A stretch of DNA of 64,000 bases from Perna viridis. Its lineage: Eukaryota. Below the pieces are notes generated by a model. The model did not search any database, was not told the DNA's origin, and was given only the letters and a program-made list of their open reading frames with translations. The stretch spans positions 70,252,862-70,316,861 of the forward strand of contig CM074511.1 of the NCBI GenBank assembly GCA_037379345.1, read 5' to 3'. This document shows, in pieces, positions 1 to 11,468 of the stretch. Made by a program: the position numbers and the translations under genes. Each line of letters starts with the position of its first letter. Position 1 is the stretch's first letter.

Positions 1-139
1 AGTACGTTGTGTTTTCATTCTGTCCGAAATATAATTACAAAGTTATGACAATGTCACTATTGTTCATTTTTGTCATTATTTACTTTCGCAACCTTTTGTC
101 CTTTCGTGTCAAATCATTCCGAGTTAAACCTGATGATAT
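1..139 (-). other. Candidate terminal exon of a minus-strand gene
   Basis: Minus strand reads cctggttttcag|ATATCATCAGG, a pyrimidine tract plus AG at 141-140. Possible readings are ISSGLTRNDLTRKDKRLRK* (phase 0) or (D)IIRFNSE* (phase 1), followed by AT-rich UTR-like sequence. Confidence 0.25.
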
Positions 140-457
140 CTGAAAACCAGGCGTTAATTAAAAACAGCAATATGCCACGTTTATTTTATGTTAGAGTTAC
201 TATAAAAAATAATGATTAAAAGTAAAACTAATTAAAAACTAATCGATTTATATAATAAAATCTTTCACAAATACTTGTAGGACAACATAATATTTAGTTG
301 TCAAATTAAAATTACTGTGGTTCTTATTTTGATTTGTGGGTCGTTGTTGTCCGTCGATAGTTTTCGGTATTGAAATTTTAGCAATGTCAATCGAACTCCT
401 CGGATAATTTGCATGTCATTTTTCATTGATAAATTCTCTATTTTTTTTCTGAATTTT

Positions 458-526
458 TCGGGCTACCAAAAATTCAAACTTGCTAGCCCAAAGGGCTACT
501 GGACAAAAAATTTGAAGGCAAGGACT
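458..526. mobile_element. Probable single end of a hAT-like non-autonomous DNA transposon
   Basis: Repeated subterminal motifs gggctac/gctagccc/gggctac ending in ...gcaaggactg (reverse complement CAGTCCTTGC). The partner end was not found. Confidence 0.3.
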
Positions 527-898
527 GTTTTTCACAACCAAGTTTTCAAAAGGTTTCTGTGCAACTGATATCTAAGGAAAATTCTCAGTGGAACTTTTAG
601 ACAACTTCCAGACAATAATACAATGTATATACTACCCATATAGTTAGAAATTTCACTCCAATGTTTAAATTAACCTGAAAGTAACTTATTGATTTCAAGT
701 AATCTATAGTCATTTCAGAGTCACCAATAAAAAGTGCATTGAAAATACTGTCACAGATTAATCACAAAAATTGCCTTCATTTTTTAAAAACTCACATTTA
801 GATTAAAACCTTGTGTTATTCACACATCATATATGACTCTAGTACAAACAAATCAATGTAAATAAAACATTCCTATTTAATGATAAAAATTATCTTAC

Positions 899-944
899 CC
901 TTCCGTATCCGATGCCATGTTAGGTTCTGGAGACGGACGTCCTT
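899..944 (-). CDS. Candidate 46-bp exon of a minus-strand gene, product unknown
   Basis: Minus strand ttttttgtag|AAGGACGTCC...ATACGGAAGG|gtaagat has a canonical acceptor and a strong GTAAG donor around a GC-richer island. It is open as KDVRLQNLTWHRIRK or GRPSPEPNMASDTEG; the latter has an aacATGG Kozak-like ATG at 918. Confidence 0.45.
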
Positions 945-2515
945 CTACAAAAAAATCAAACAAGTTGATCTAATAATAGAGCATGACTCTGTGGTTGCAC
1001 AATATTTTTTACATGACATAGTACAAGCAACTTCAAATGTTAGAATTTCTCTCAGATTTGAATGAAATTTACTGAACTAGGTGTTTTAGGGTTGACTTTA
1101 CTCGAGTGCGACAAGAAAGGTTGTATAAAACCAACAACCCGAAATTGGCAAAAATTAAAAGCTAATAGACGGCTTCTTAAAAAATACAATGCTAAAATAT
1201 GGTTTTAAAAAGCAGAAGAACAAAATTGTTAGGTGAATTGAAAGTGATCTGAACATACTGCCGTCCTTAAACTTTACCTTGAATGTTTGTCTATTTGATT
1301 AATATAATTGTTCAGGAGACAAATTTCTTGCTCGCTTACTTAAACCTATATTATAATTCATTCTAAAAATAAAAGACTGTGCGAGTAAATACTATTGAAG
1401 AGTGGGGCCTAGAAGAGAAAGGAAACACCACCAAGATGCTGAAAGCAAATTTCATGGTCAGTTGGAACTGGTTAGAAAGACCCCCACAAGTTATTCACTG
1501 TTGCGGGGTACTTGATGGACAGGCAATGCTTACAAGAGATGAGGAGTGAACTTTGACATGGAACATTAAATTGTATACATTTACAAAAAAAAGGAAAGGC
1601 AACAGGTCACCAGATCTGATTTTAGACACTGCAACGTCATGCTGAACTTTTCAGGATTACCACTGAAGTAGTAGTTAAAATTACAATTGCCAATGCCAGG
1701 GAGTTGTAGTTTAAACATATTTTATCCAGAAATAGTTCGATTACAATAAATTATGAAACATAATAGTAATAAGACAGGGATTCAGAAACAAGCATAGCTT
1801 ATACTAAGTCCGTCTCCTTAAAAGAATGACAATTTGGTTCGCACATATGTTCTATTACATGCTCACATGTTGAAGAATATAATATGTAGCGAGAAGAAAA
1901 AGTATTTAGGAAAAAAAAAGATGAAATGCTTTAATAGGCAATTGATTATAGTAAGGTGTTCACAAAATGTTTACTGTCTACTGTATACTTTCGCACATTT
2001 GTAAATATATATATATTTTGTTCTCAAGTTAGAGCATCCGATCCATGAAGTAAAATTTTGGGAGTTAACAGGATTGGTAAATGTAACGACAATAAGCATG
2101 TCTGACAAATGGCTGAATATTTGTTACAGTGAAGAAGATAATGGGCTGACATTTCAGATTGAAGACATGTTCAATATGGGTTACCACAAGATTTCACGAA
2201 AATAAATGAGCATTCAAAGAACTACTATCCATATGTAGTCGTGCATGGAGCACCTGACCGATTCTACTGCTGATATAGAAGTATGTTGGGCATTTTACGT
2301 TCGGAACTTTCAAATAGTTCTTGAACATTTCTAACGACAAGGCCTTACGAATGTCGAGAGGCAAGTTCTTTCATTTGACACTTGAAGGTCAAAAGTAACC
2401 AGAATAGATATTGGTTCTCGTACATATTTTAGCCATGTTGTTTGAATGTCGAGTAAAACGATGATGCAGGTCCAAAACCGTGTTTGCTATCAAGTTAAAA
2501 AGGTAGTCAGGAGTA

Positions 2516-3640
2516 CAGTCGACTCCACTTAATCGCATATCGCTTTATTGCATATTTCGGTTATTAGCATAATTTTCTCCTGCACAAAACCATTTCCTAT
2601 TATTCTATTAGGGAAAAAAATCGCTCATTTGCATAGGCCTTGCAGGTGCATTTCGGTTTATTGCATAGAGAATTTTGCCTCATCGAGGTAAAGACAGGGT
2701 TTCCCAAATCCTATTTTAAGCCTTCGGGTCATAAATATGTCAATCATATTTATTGTTGTAAAAACTAGGTTATCATCAATCAGGAGGTGTTAATAATGGA
2801 TTGAAAACATAATGGACATAAAAGACAATTTAAATGATTTCTAATTGCATTAAAATAAACAAGCACCTAGGTCAACAATGACTTCTGACGACATGCCAAA
2901 CATCACCTTATGATGCGGCTTGGGTTCGGCTTGGGATATTTTTTGTCCCTATTTAAATTCTTCCGACTACAAATGATTATCAATGTAAATTTAATTTTCT
3001 TTAATGAGCTGAACAGTTTTTAGTGAGATTGGGTTACTAGGCATAAATATCAACCGAAAATTAAAAGTCCTCATTCATTCAGTACAATGTCTAATGAAAT
3101 TCAACTACCCTAAGGTGCCCCATACTATCCACACTTCATAGGAATATATTGAGGTCAATGACACGTATAATACACAACTATCAGTGTACAATGGTGATTG
3201 AACAGAGGAATAAAAACGCACAGACCATTTCAAAAGCCCAGAAACTGCAAACATTGATGAATATTATACTGAATCCTGTCTGAAATATGAAATATGGGAT
3301 TTTCTTTCATAGAAAGGTCAGGAAATTACTTGACTATTTATAGATGAGAAACACGTGGTTTGACTTATAACTACACACGACGTAAAGAAGGTCAACAAAC
3401 AAGATAAACACAATATATATTATTATTTATTGATAAAAGAACAATACAATGTGAAGGTCTATAACAATTAAATACCAGATCAGAAATGTTGAACAGTGAT
3501 ATCCCTGGTTGATCCACAGTATCGTCGTCTTACCTGAACTCACACTTCCGGTAAAATCGTAATTTCGGTTATAAGAATAGCCCGGTTATTTGCATAATTT
3601 TTACTGGCAAATAGGCTATGCAATTAAGCGGAATCTACTG
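2516..3640. mobile_element. Tc1/mariner-pogo (Tigger-like) non-autonomous DNA transposon
   Basis: Terminal inverted repeats (TIRs) CAGTCGACTCCACTTAATCGCATA and (reverse complement) CAGTAGATTCCGCTTAATTGCATA match 20/24. TA flanks both sides (2514-2515, 3641-3642). No transposase ORF. Confidence 0.85.
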
Positions 3641-3842
3641 TATTCTTATGCACCATTTTATGAATCATCACAAGTTCATGATTCTTTCTATGATCTGCTA
3701 GCTTTTCCCACCCGTTACTATACACATGGCCTCAATTTGCACTCCCAACTTTTTCAGACAAATATTCTATATTGTTGTCCCAAATGATGTCGCCATTTAC
3801 CATTAGTGGTCTAATGTAAAAGAAATACATTTTTTGGGTGTA

Positions 3843-4575
3843 AATCTATCAAGAACTAATCTCAAGCGACGAAGTGCATTTACATGGGTAAACGGTTTTT
3901 TGACAATTTAGTCGATGTGATTATGCCACGATCCGTTATCTGAAAACGTTACACCCAAATCCTTATGGCTTGTCACTTCCAGTATATCGTGATCGTTCAT
4001 CTTTAATACTGGATGTACCACTCATGTAGACTTGAGCGAAATAAGCATCGTCTCGGTTTTCTGTGGATTAAATTTTACAAGCCAAGTAGTAGCCAACTGG
4101 TGAATTTTATCGAGGTCATTATTTAAGATATTTGTAGCAGGCAAATCGACAGTCACAAAGAGGCTTGTATCGTCAGCAAATAACCTAACAGTCACATTTA
4201 TGTCTACAACAATGTCATTTATAAATATATCTAATAACAGAGGTCCTAAAATCGAACCCTGTGGTACACCAGCATTTATGGCTATCCATTCGGAGAGACC
4301 CCAATTCATACAAACGCGCTGAGTTCTACCACTCAAATAACTCTTAAACCAATCCAACAGTTTTCCCAAAATACCGTGGTTCATTAGTTTAAATAAAAGA
4401 CCAGTGGCCATACACGACTGAATGTGTAGCTTGTCATAAATACTAGTCTGATTTCCTTCCCACTATACAAAGCCTTGCCAAAAGTATTTGTTACATCAAT
4501 TGGCTGGTTTATAGCCAATCACCTCGCATAAATCCAGATTGGTGAGCAGTTATAACATTGTGGTGCGAGAGGAAG
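3843..4575 (-). mobile_element. Degenerate CR1/L2-group LINE ORF2 reverse transcriptase fragment
   Basis: ORF 4022-4411 contains GVPQGSILGPLL and LFADDT. After a frameshift it continues as HKDLGVTFSDNGSWHNHI, and upstream reads ITAHQSGFMRGD. Stops and frameshifts are present. Confidence 0.92.
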
Positions 4576-4732
4576 TTTTTTTTGATTAATTTTTAGGGAA
4601 CATTTCAAAATATCCATAGAAACAAGATGGCGGATAAACAAATGTTCAGTGCAAAATTCTCGTAGAAAAAATAAATATGGAATTATTTCGATCTTGGATG
4701 TAAGAACGACAAATAATTGTATGAAAGTTGTA

Positions 4733-5365
4733 TACTCGGCGTCACATAAATAACATACTGTTAAAATTTGAATAAAAATATTTTCTACGACTTTATTGAC
4801 ACCTACCGTCGTTTAAATTGTCTTAAATGACTTGCTCATTCGTTTAGCCAAACGGCTTCTCCCTGAACAAGTCGCTTTTAGCTTAAATCATGCGTAACAA
4901 ATCCTTACGGGAAAATCCCATACTAATATCCGCCATGTCGGTTTCTACGGGACGATTTATTTACAAACGAAGTTCGTAAGTTCCCGTCGAACTCCGGTGA
5001 CAATCGTCTGCTTGATTAACTTCTCGGTATTGTACGTTGTTCGCGTAAAATAAATCCGAGATATCCGAAATAACGCCGAAATGCATTCTGGGTTCTTCGG
5101 TTTTTGGACAAACCATTTAAACGTAAACAACATCTCCTAGCAACCCGATCACTGTAAACATGGCCGACTTTTTACAATGTAAATATTGGCACCTAGAATT
5201 AAAATCTGACCGGAATTTAACGATTCAATGTTTAGGGAGAAGCCGTTTGGCTAAACGAATGAGCAAGTCATTTAAGACAATTTAAACGACGGTAGGTCTC
5301 AATAAAGTCGCAGAAAATATTTTTATTCAAATTTTAGCAGTATGTTATTTATGTGACGCCGAGTA
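4733..5365. mobile_element. MITE/foldback element with ~137 bp TIRs
   Basis: 4733-4869 is the near-perfect reverse complement of 5229-5365 (tactcggcgtcacataaataac... / ...gttatttatgtgacgccgagta), with TA on both sides. Confidence 0.9.
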
Positions 5366-5917
5366 TAGTACAGAACGACATGAATTAAATGGCAATTTTT
5401 TTAAAGGAACTTACGAGTAACTTAAAAGATAATTAAAAAAAACTGCAAACAGGCCGAGGTGAATTCTAGTATAGACACACCGTTCCATACACTTCAAAAT
5501 AATGTTAAACAGCGAGATCGGTCTGTAGTTTTTAACCTCATAAGCATTTCCATTATTAAAAACCTAAGTAAAGTTTGCTTTTTTCCAAATCTGTTGTAAA
5601 TATAGCATTAGTCAACAACAAATTAAAGAGTCTACATAACTGCATTTAGTTGTAAATGAGTTGTATAGAGTAACACTACAAAATACATGCATTAAATTCC
5701 AATATAGTTTCAATTTTCTGTGTACTCCACACAAGTCTTCACTAAACTACAGGTAGGACATCTTGAAACTTGAAAAATCATTACACTGCTCAGCTGAGCC
5801 TTAGACCTAAGAGCAGTGAACAACTCATTCACAACATACCCTAGGGACTGCCTGATTTACACATTGGCAGTAGATAGTTATATTTGGTGCACGTCTGCAT
5901 TCACAATTTTTTACATT

Positions 5918-6126
5918 AAATTTCACTCTAGAATGAAAACAAGTAGGACATCTTTGATGCTGTGATGCATTGAAGTTGCACTTCAAAAACTGATCAAAAT
6001 CGGGGCTTTTTTCAGGGGTATTAGAAACCAAGTACTGAGTGACCAGAAGTTCAATATAGACCACCACTTCATACCGGTTCGACGGCCAAAATACCCTACA
6101 GAACGATGATAAACGAAATGAGAAAT
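5918..6126. repeat. Dispersed repeat, inverted relative to 11757-11975
   Basis: aaatttcactctagaatgaaaac...accaccacttcataccggttc...aaacgaaatgagaa matches the reverse complement of 11757-11975 over ~210 bp with moderate divergence. Confidence 0.8.
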
Positions 6127-6221
6127 GTGTATCAAAGAATATTTTTCTATTCGCAAAGGGGAAATTGACAAGTTACGATATGTGTTAATGGATGTCACTC
6201 GATTTTTAACGCGATGCTTAC

Positions 6222-6449
6222 AATGATGTCCAATGTGATCAAGTTCTTCGTAAAAAAGGAAGTTGTCTTGGTCTTCCGGTTTGTCCAAATGAATACGAGG
6301 TAGATTTCATGAAATCAGAGGCAGATTTCCTGTTACTTTTTACATCACATGTAGCCAGGCTTTGGCCTGAGCACTCTTCTTATTATCATGTAAGGAGAGT
6401 TCGCCAATCTCATTAGTGATGTCATATTCACTAATTTGCAATTTTGTTT
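6222..6449 (-). pseudogene. Candidate decayed exon, 228 bp, phase 1-1
   Basis: Flanked by cattttacag| and |gtaagc. Translates as TKLQISEYDITNEIGELSLHDNKKSAQAKAWLHVM*KVTGNLPLIS*NLPRIHLDKPEDQDNFLFYEELDHIGHH, with two in-frame stops. Confidence 0.3.
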
Positions 6450-6949
6450 CTGTAAAATGTTTCGTTTAGATAAAATAATTCATATTTTGTATGTGAATTT
6501 ATAAGTCTTTTACTTGAAAAATAAATATGTAGTGATATTTATATATAAACCTCTATTTTCGTATAAAATTATAATCTAATTCTTATGCACATATAGTCTA
6601 ATTACTGAATATTTATTTTAAAATTCCTTGGATAAAAAAATAGTAGCAATTATGGGAACCAAAAGAATTTTTCAATTATCTTTAAAAATGAAAAAAAAAT
6701 ATGATGATTTAAACTTGATGCCCCATACCACTTAATGGATTTTTTGCTAACCAAAACCAAATCACAGGTAAGTGATGACATCACGAAGAACTCTCCTGTA
6801 TACTTGTATTGTTTACAGTTTGTACATGTTTTACCCGATAGTTATCCTAAAATATAGGAACACCCAATGCGACGGGGTACTCCCTATATATGGGATGTGC
6901 ATTTTTAAGGATCCATTCGTCAGAAATTTTTACATAGATTTGGGTATCT

Positions 6950-7480
6950 TTTAAAGTCGCTAATATTCTTAGCGACTTCTTGCACTCGTAATGTCAGTAT
7001 TGTACATACAGTTTATACTGACATTTTCATCCCTGTGGGGTTGTTGTCTCTCTGACATATACACCATACCTATTCTCGTGATGTTTGTATATGATTTGCA
7101 TAATTTAATATTACTACACAAGCTTATGCTGCAGATAGGTGCCACAGAACCGTCATTTCTAGCTTCAGACAAAGATCACAATATACCTCGTAAATACCAT
7201 ACCATAGACCTGTAATTAAATTGTAGGTCTCTGACCATCCACATGTGTTCTACGTGTGTGTTTTTTACTTGCATGAGAGCGGGAAGTTTACATTAAAAGA
7301 TGAAACGATCGGTTAGCAATATAGCTAAGGAACACCAAGTCTCCGAGTTGTTTTGATTGGGTCATCACGGTAAAGAAGTTATTTTAGATTTTAGAGCATA
7401 TCGCAACTTCACTTCAGTTCGTACCACTCGAAGTTTGCTGATCTTATCCGAGAGACTTACTGTTGCTTTTCACAACCAAG
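6950..7480 (+). mobile_element. Helentron/HINE-like non-autonomous element, family A copy 1
   Basis: 5' T-run plus inverted repeat aagtcgct-aatattctt-agcgactt, and a 3' copy agagactt followed by a small stem-loop. The body is shared with copies at 8480, 9925, 26945 and 50955. Confidence 0.65.
7017..7085 (+). repeat. Short retroposon 3'-end-like fragment; related copies at ~8242-8295 (-) and ~12125-12185 (+)
   Basis: ctgacattttcatccc..gggttgttgtctct.tgacatatacaccatacc recurs three times in the window. Confidence 0.6.
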
Positions 7481-7496
7481 ATCAAAGCTAAACAGC

Positions 7497-7666
7497 TTTA
7501 TTAGCTCACCTGGCCAAAGGCCATGCGAGCTTTTACCATCACTTGGCGTCCGTCGTCGTCGTCGTCGTCGTCGTCCGTCGTCGTGAACAATTTTTCAAAA
7601 CTCTTCTCCTCTGACACTTTTAGAGCAATTGAAACCAAACTTAGTATGAATGTTCCTTTGGGTATT
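7497..7666 (+). mobile_element. 5' part of a Helentron/HINE element with (GTC)n microsatellite
   Basis: ttattagctcacctggccaaaggccatgcgagctttt subterminal hairpin, then (cgt)n and the start of a satellite-like unit (cttctcctctga...gaaaccaaactt). This is the typical bivalve HINE layout. Confidence 0.8.
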
Positions 7667-7900
7667 CTAACCCTTTTCCGGAAGCCTAGTTGTAAAAAGC
7701 CTTGCGCGATACAAAAAGGCTGCGTAGATACTGCAACCTCTGAAATAACGTATAAGTTGTGATATGAAAACTCCATACGCAGGTGCTGAAGGGGTGTTGC
7801 CACAGATGAAAAGAAAGTTGACAATTCTGAATGAAAAATCATCACGTTTGTCGTAAAGTTTGGTCAATAGTTTTCCTTTGCCATCGATTTCTAAGTGTAA
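7667..7900 (-). mobile_element. Penelope-like retroelement reverse transcriptase fragment
   Basis: LHLEIDGKGKLLTKLYDKRDDFSFRIVNFLFICGNTPSAPAYGVFISQLIRY contains the LYDKRDDF...PAYGV.ISQLIRY motif I recognise from mollusc Penelope-like RTs. Confidence 0.8.
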
Positions 7901-8479
7901 GTTACTTTAATAGATAGAAAGAAACTTTTAACTTTTAATTGCTGAAATGATCCTTATGATAAGTCCTACCAAAGTCTTCTTGGGTCAAAATTGTTGGACA
8001 ACTCCTTGTTACATTTATTAACCTTGAAAGACAAACTTTAACCAGTTGAGCGGTTAAGGGGGAGCATCTTGTTTACAGTCGGTACATATAAAAATAAAAC
8101 CGGTATAATCTAATATATAAAGTTATATATAATATATAAAATGTCAAGTATATTCTCGAAAAAAGGAATACACTTATTTTGCTAGTAATGTATAATGTAC
8201 GATGTCAGAAGATGTGAAATGGAAAAGAACATGAATATAACGGTAGATGTCAAAGAGACAACAACCCCACCGGGATGAAAATGTCAGCCAAAGGCTATCC
8301 ACGGATATTATCGATCGTTATTCAAGCATATAGTCTTCCTAAAATCGACCTAAAATCGTCAAGTTTCAGCTCACTTTATATAATTTTTTTTTAATTAATT
8401 CTGAACTTAGTCCACACATATTTATGATGAAAATGAGTATATCACTGATTGATTGGAGTTAAACTAAGTAGAGCATTGG

Positions 8480-8555
8480 ATTCGCCTGGATGTTAAAAGC
8501 AAGCCAAAAATCAGTTAGTATAGAATATTTGACGATACTTCAGTCTTTGATTTTA
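8480..8555 (+). mobile_element. Family A HINE-like fragment
   Basis: tggatgttaaaagcaagccaaaaatcag...gaatatttgacga..cttcagtctttgatt matches 29065-29140 and the reverse complement of 9938-10015. Confidence 0.6.
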
Positions 8556-8832
8556 CCAAAGTAGATACATATTTGGTACCATTTTATCCAATGATATCTG
8601 ACAAATGTACGAATCATGAACACATCATGTTGAAGATGCTGTTTTTATATATTCTGTTTACTATCTTTTTCATAATTTGATAAACCTTAGAAATCAAAGA
8701 TGTATTAGATACCTATATTTGAAGTAATAAATTGTTCGCATAGATATAGATATTGATTATTGCTTGACATAGATCTGGGTATTGATTGATTTCAAACTGC
8801 ATAGATTTGGGTATGGTTGTACAAGCTACGCT

Positions 8833-9352
8833 GCCCCGTGCAGGTCCGGGTGTGAAAATAATAGGCCTGCAGCAGCGCTAAGCTTGTCGTAAAAGTCGAG
8901 TAAATAATGCTCAGAACGCTAGCCGGGGGCTAGGGCGCTCTGCCCACAGAGCAACTGGGATGTGTGCCCCAGGTGGTGGAATGGGGTACCCCTGGCGTGT
9001 TACATGCTGGGGTTGTCAGGCTATAATACGGAAAACCTGACCGCAAACCATAGTGGTGCAACGTGTTGGGAAAGATGCCAAGTTCCTCGCACGTTCAAAA
9101 ACCCTACTGTGGTATTCTCCCGGAGTAAGAACCATAGGGCTCCGCCACAGGAGGCTAAATTGCCCGACCCTATCCACCTCTCCCTATTTCCAGTGGCAAT
9201 CTAAATTTGTCGACCCCATTGTCCTTGTGTCCCATCCCTTTTTCATTTCATCATCATTTCATGTTCATTTTATCATCAATTTCATGTTCATCGTCTGAAT
9301 ATAGCTGAAATATTGCTGCTCGGACGTTAAACCCCAACAAACAAACAAACAA
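8833..9352 (+). mobile_element. Structured non-autonomous retroposon (SINE-like, RTE-type tail), copy 1
   Basis: 12-bp TSD ACAAGCTACGCT (8821-8832 and 9353-9364). The 3' end is ctgaatatagctgaaatattgctgctcggacgttaaacccc plus (CAAA)n. A second full copy lies at 44819-45317. Confidence 0.92.
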
Positions 9353-9924
9353 ACAAGCTACGCTCATATAGATAAGGGTACTGCTTTCAATTAAAAAAAA
9401 ATACACACATCGTCAAAATAAACCAGAGTAACCCAAGGGTCAAGACAACTTTTACCAGAGACTTTATATACATTCCCTACTTTAACCCACTGTACATTAT
9501 ACATTTAGGTTAGTTACTACAATGTTTAATGTATGTTGAGCGAAAGCTTTGAAATAATTCGATTCATTATTATGCTATTTTATTATTTTTAGTCATCATT
9601 CATTTACTATCGACTGACAGGACTTCTACAGACCTTACTTTACGGACGAGTTTAACTAACACGATAAACTACTTTAGAATCCTATACATTTTGACCCTTG
9701 AACTCGTGCATGCTTTCCTCGATGGCTTGACGCGCTCTTACATTCATTTTTAGTATTTAAACTCTTCAGCCACCCCTTTTTCTTATTCACGCATTAACCA
9801 GCACACGGATGGGGATGTCCGATACTTTCCCATATTTTTTTAGGTAAGTACTTATAATAGGTAAATTGTTCCTTTTCTTTTTCTATATTACCCTATATTT
9901 AACACATCGCGTAATCATTTTGCT

Positions 9925-10772
9925 TTGATGTATGATATTAATCAAAGACTGAAGTCTTCAACGTCGCTAATCAAATATTCTCGGTCACTGATTACGGCTT
10001 ACTTTCAACATCCTAAATGGCACGCATGCAACATGCTCAAAAATCGGATGACCAGCAAAAATCTTGGTTCCCTTCATAAGATTGCGTACTCTTTCGTAAC
10101 CGTGATGACCCGAATGTTTTCAATTACCCGTAACCAGATTAAACAACTGTCAATATATAGATATCGTGGTCCTGAAATTGTGAATGACCTATATATAGTC
10201 AGTTGTAACGAGCCCTTGTGTCTGAATCGGAAACTGGGTGATATAACATACATTCAATGCTAACCGATCATTTCATCTTTTAATGTAAACTTCCTGTTTT
10301 CATACAAGCAAGAAAAGCACACATAGACGTGTTAAACGAGGTACGTTGTAGTGATATCTGTGGATCGCTTATGATGTGGACCAGGGAACCAGATTAGGAA
10401 CCAGATTAAACAACTGGCACTGAATATTCGTAGATATCGGAACCGTGCTATTGGATATGTCCTATACAGTCTTGTAACGAGCCCCTGTGCCTGAATCGGA
10501 AACTTGGTAATGTCTATTGCTAACCAATCATTTCATGTAAACGTCCCGTTCTCATACAAGCAAGAAACGCACGTAGAGCATACGTGTATGATATTTGATA
10601 GGTACATTTTTTCTCGTATATATGAAGCTAGAACTATGACGCTGTAGCGGTAAACACGGTGAGGATCTGCAGCGTTACGTGGCGTATAACTATTTATTCA
10701 TGCAAATCATATGCTAATATTCAGTACTGAAATTACCTGCAAGAAGTCGCTAACAATATTAACGATTTAAAA
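9925..10772 (-). mobile_element. Family A HINE-like element with internal tandem duplication
   Basis: The right end gcaagaagtcgctaacaatattaacgatttaaaaa is the reverse complement of the family A 5' end. The internal unit (accagattaaacaactg...gaatcggaaact...catacaagcaagaaa) is repeated at ~10133 and ~10400. Confidence 0.7.
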
Positions 10773-11468
10773 ATCATTTTCAGTAAATAAAGATTGGTAA
10801 CAAAGTTTTATACTTGTCGAGTCACACAAAAGTCCCGAACTCGGATTCAAATACTATCATGTGACACACGCACATCCCACATAAATACTTACTATACAGG
10901 AACATCAGCTATAATTAGATGTCTCAGAAAACTACTACTCTTTCCAAGACTCTATCTAGGCGAATACAAAAATGGGGTACTCCCGTTACACTCAAATGTT
11001 AGGTTCATTATTTAAAACAATGGGAACCACATGAGCGGGCCCCTTTCAGAATTTTTGGACCCGTTACCGTAGTTTACCCCCAAATTAACTTCTAACAAAA
11101 CAACAGGTCGATTTATAAGATTCTATACATACAAAAAATGTAATTTATATCAAAATATCGTGTGAAGCTGTCATGCTTTCAGAACGTACACCAGTTCCAT
11201 TTGGTTCTGAAGTCTGGAATCGGGGCTAGATATATAGCCCCTTCGGCCAATCTTGATACTGTTTGGATTTCTTCCGGTTGGTAGATTGATATCTAGATTC
11301 TTTCAATGTTCATTTAAATGGCTTTTGAAAGTCATGTAGTCTGGCTTTGGTTCGAGGATGTTTCTTGGTAAATTGTTCAAAACATCCATAATTCTTTGAG
11401 AGAATTCATATATTTCCTATAATATTTAATCCATAATTATAAATCTTTTGATTGTGCCTCGTAGTACC

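Larger units (their letters stand above)
6874..9434. mobile_element. Old MITE (GGGGTACTC...GAGTAACCC) split by later insertions
   Basis: Ends ggggtactc (6874) and gagtaaccc (9426-9434). The subterminal motif catagat(t/c)tgggta recurs at ~6932, ~8768 and ~8800, with a variant at ~9367. Confidence 0.45.

Noticed and set aside
122-165. Minimal hammerhead-like ctgatga...gaaa motif (also at ~13704 and ~14404-14445)
   Set aside because: Stem I and stem II pairings fail; consistent with chance in AT-rich DNA.
7501-7845. 114-aa ORF with poly-Asp
   Set aside because: Chimeric read-through of a Penelope-like fragment and a HINE (GTC)n microsatellite.
9075-9165. HDV-like ribozyme suggested by acgt-TCCTCGC-acgt and ggctaaattg in the structured retroposon
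   Set aside because: I could not build P1, P1.1 and P2. The attgcc segment pairs with a downstream ggcaat rather than an upstream strand, so the nested double pseudoknot is not supported by eye.
8962-9298. ORFs inside the structured retroposon
   Set aside because: Indels between the two copies change the frames and the starts are non-ATG.
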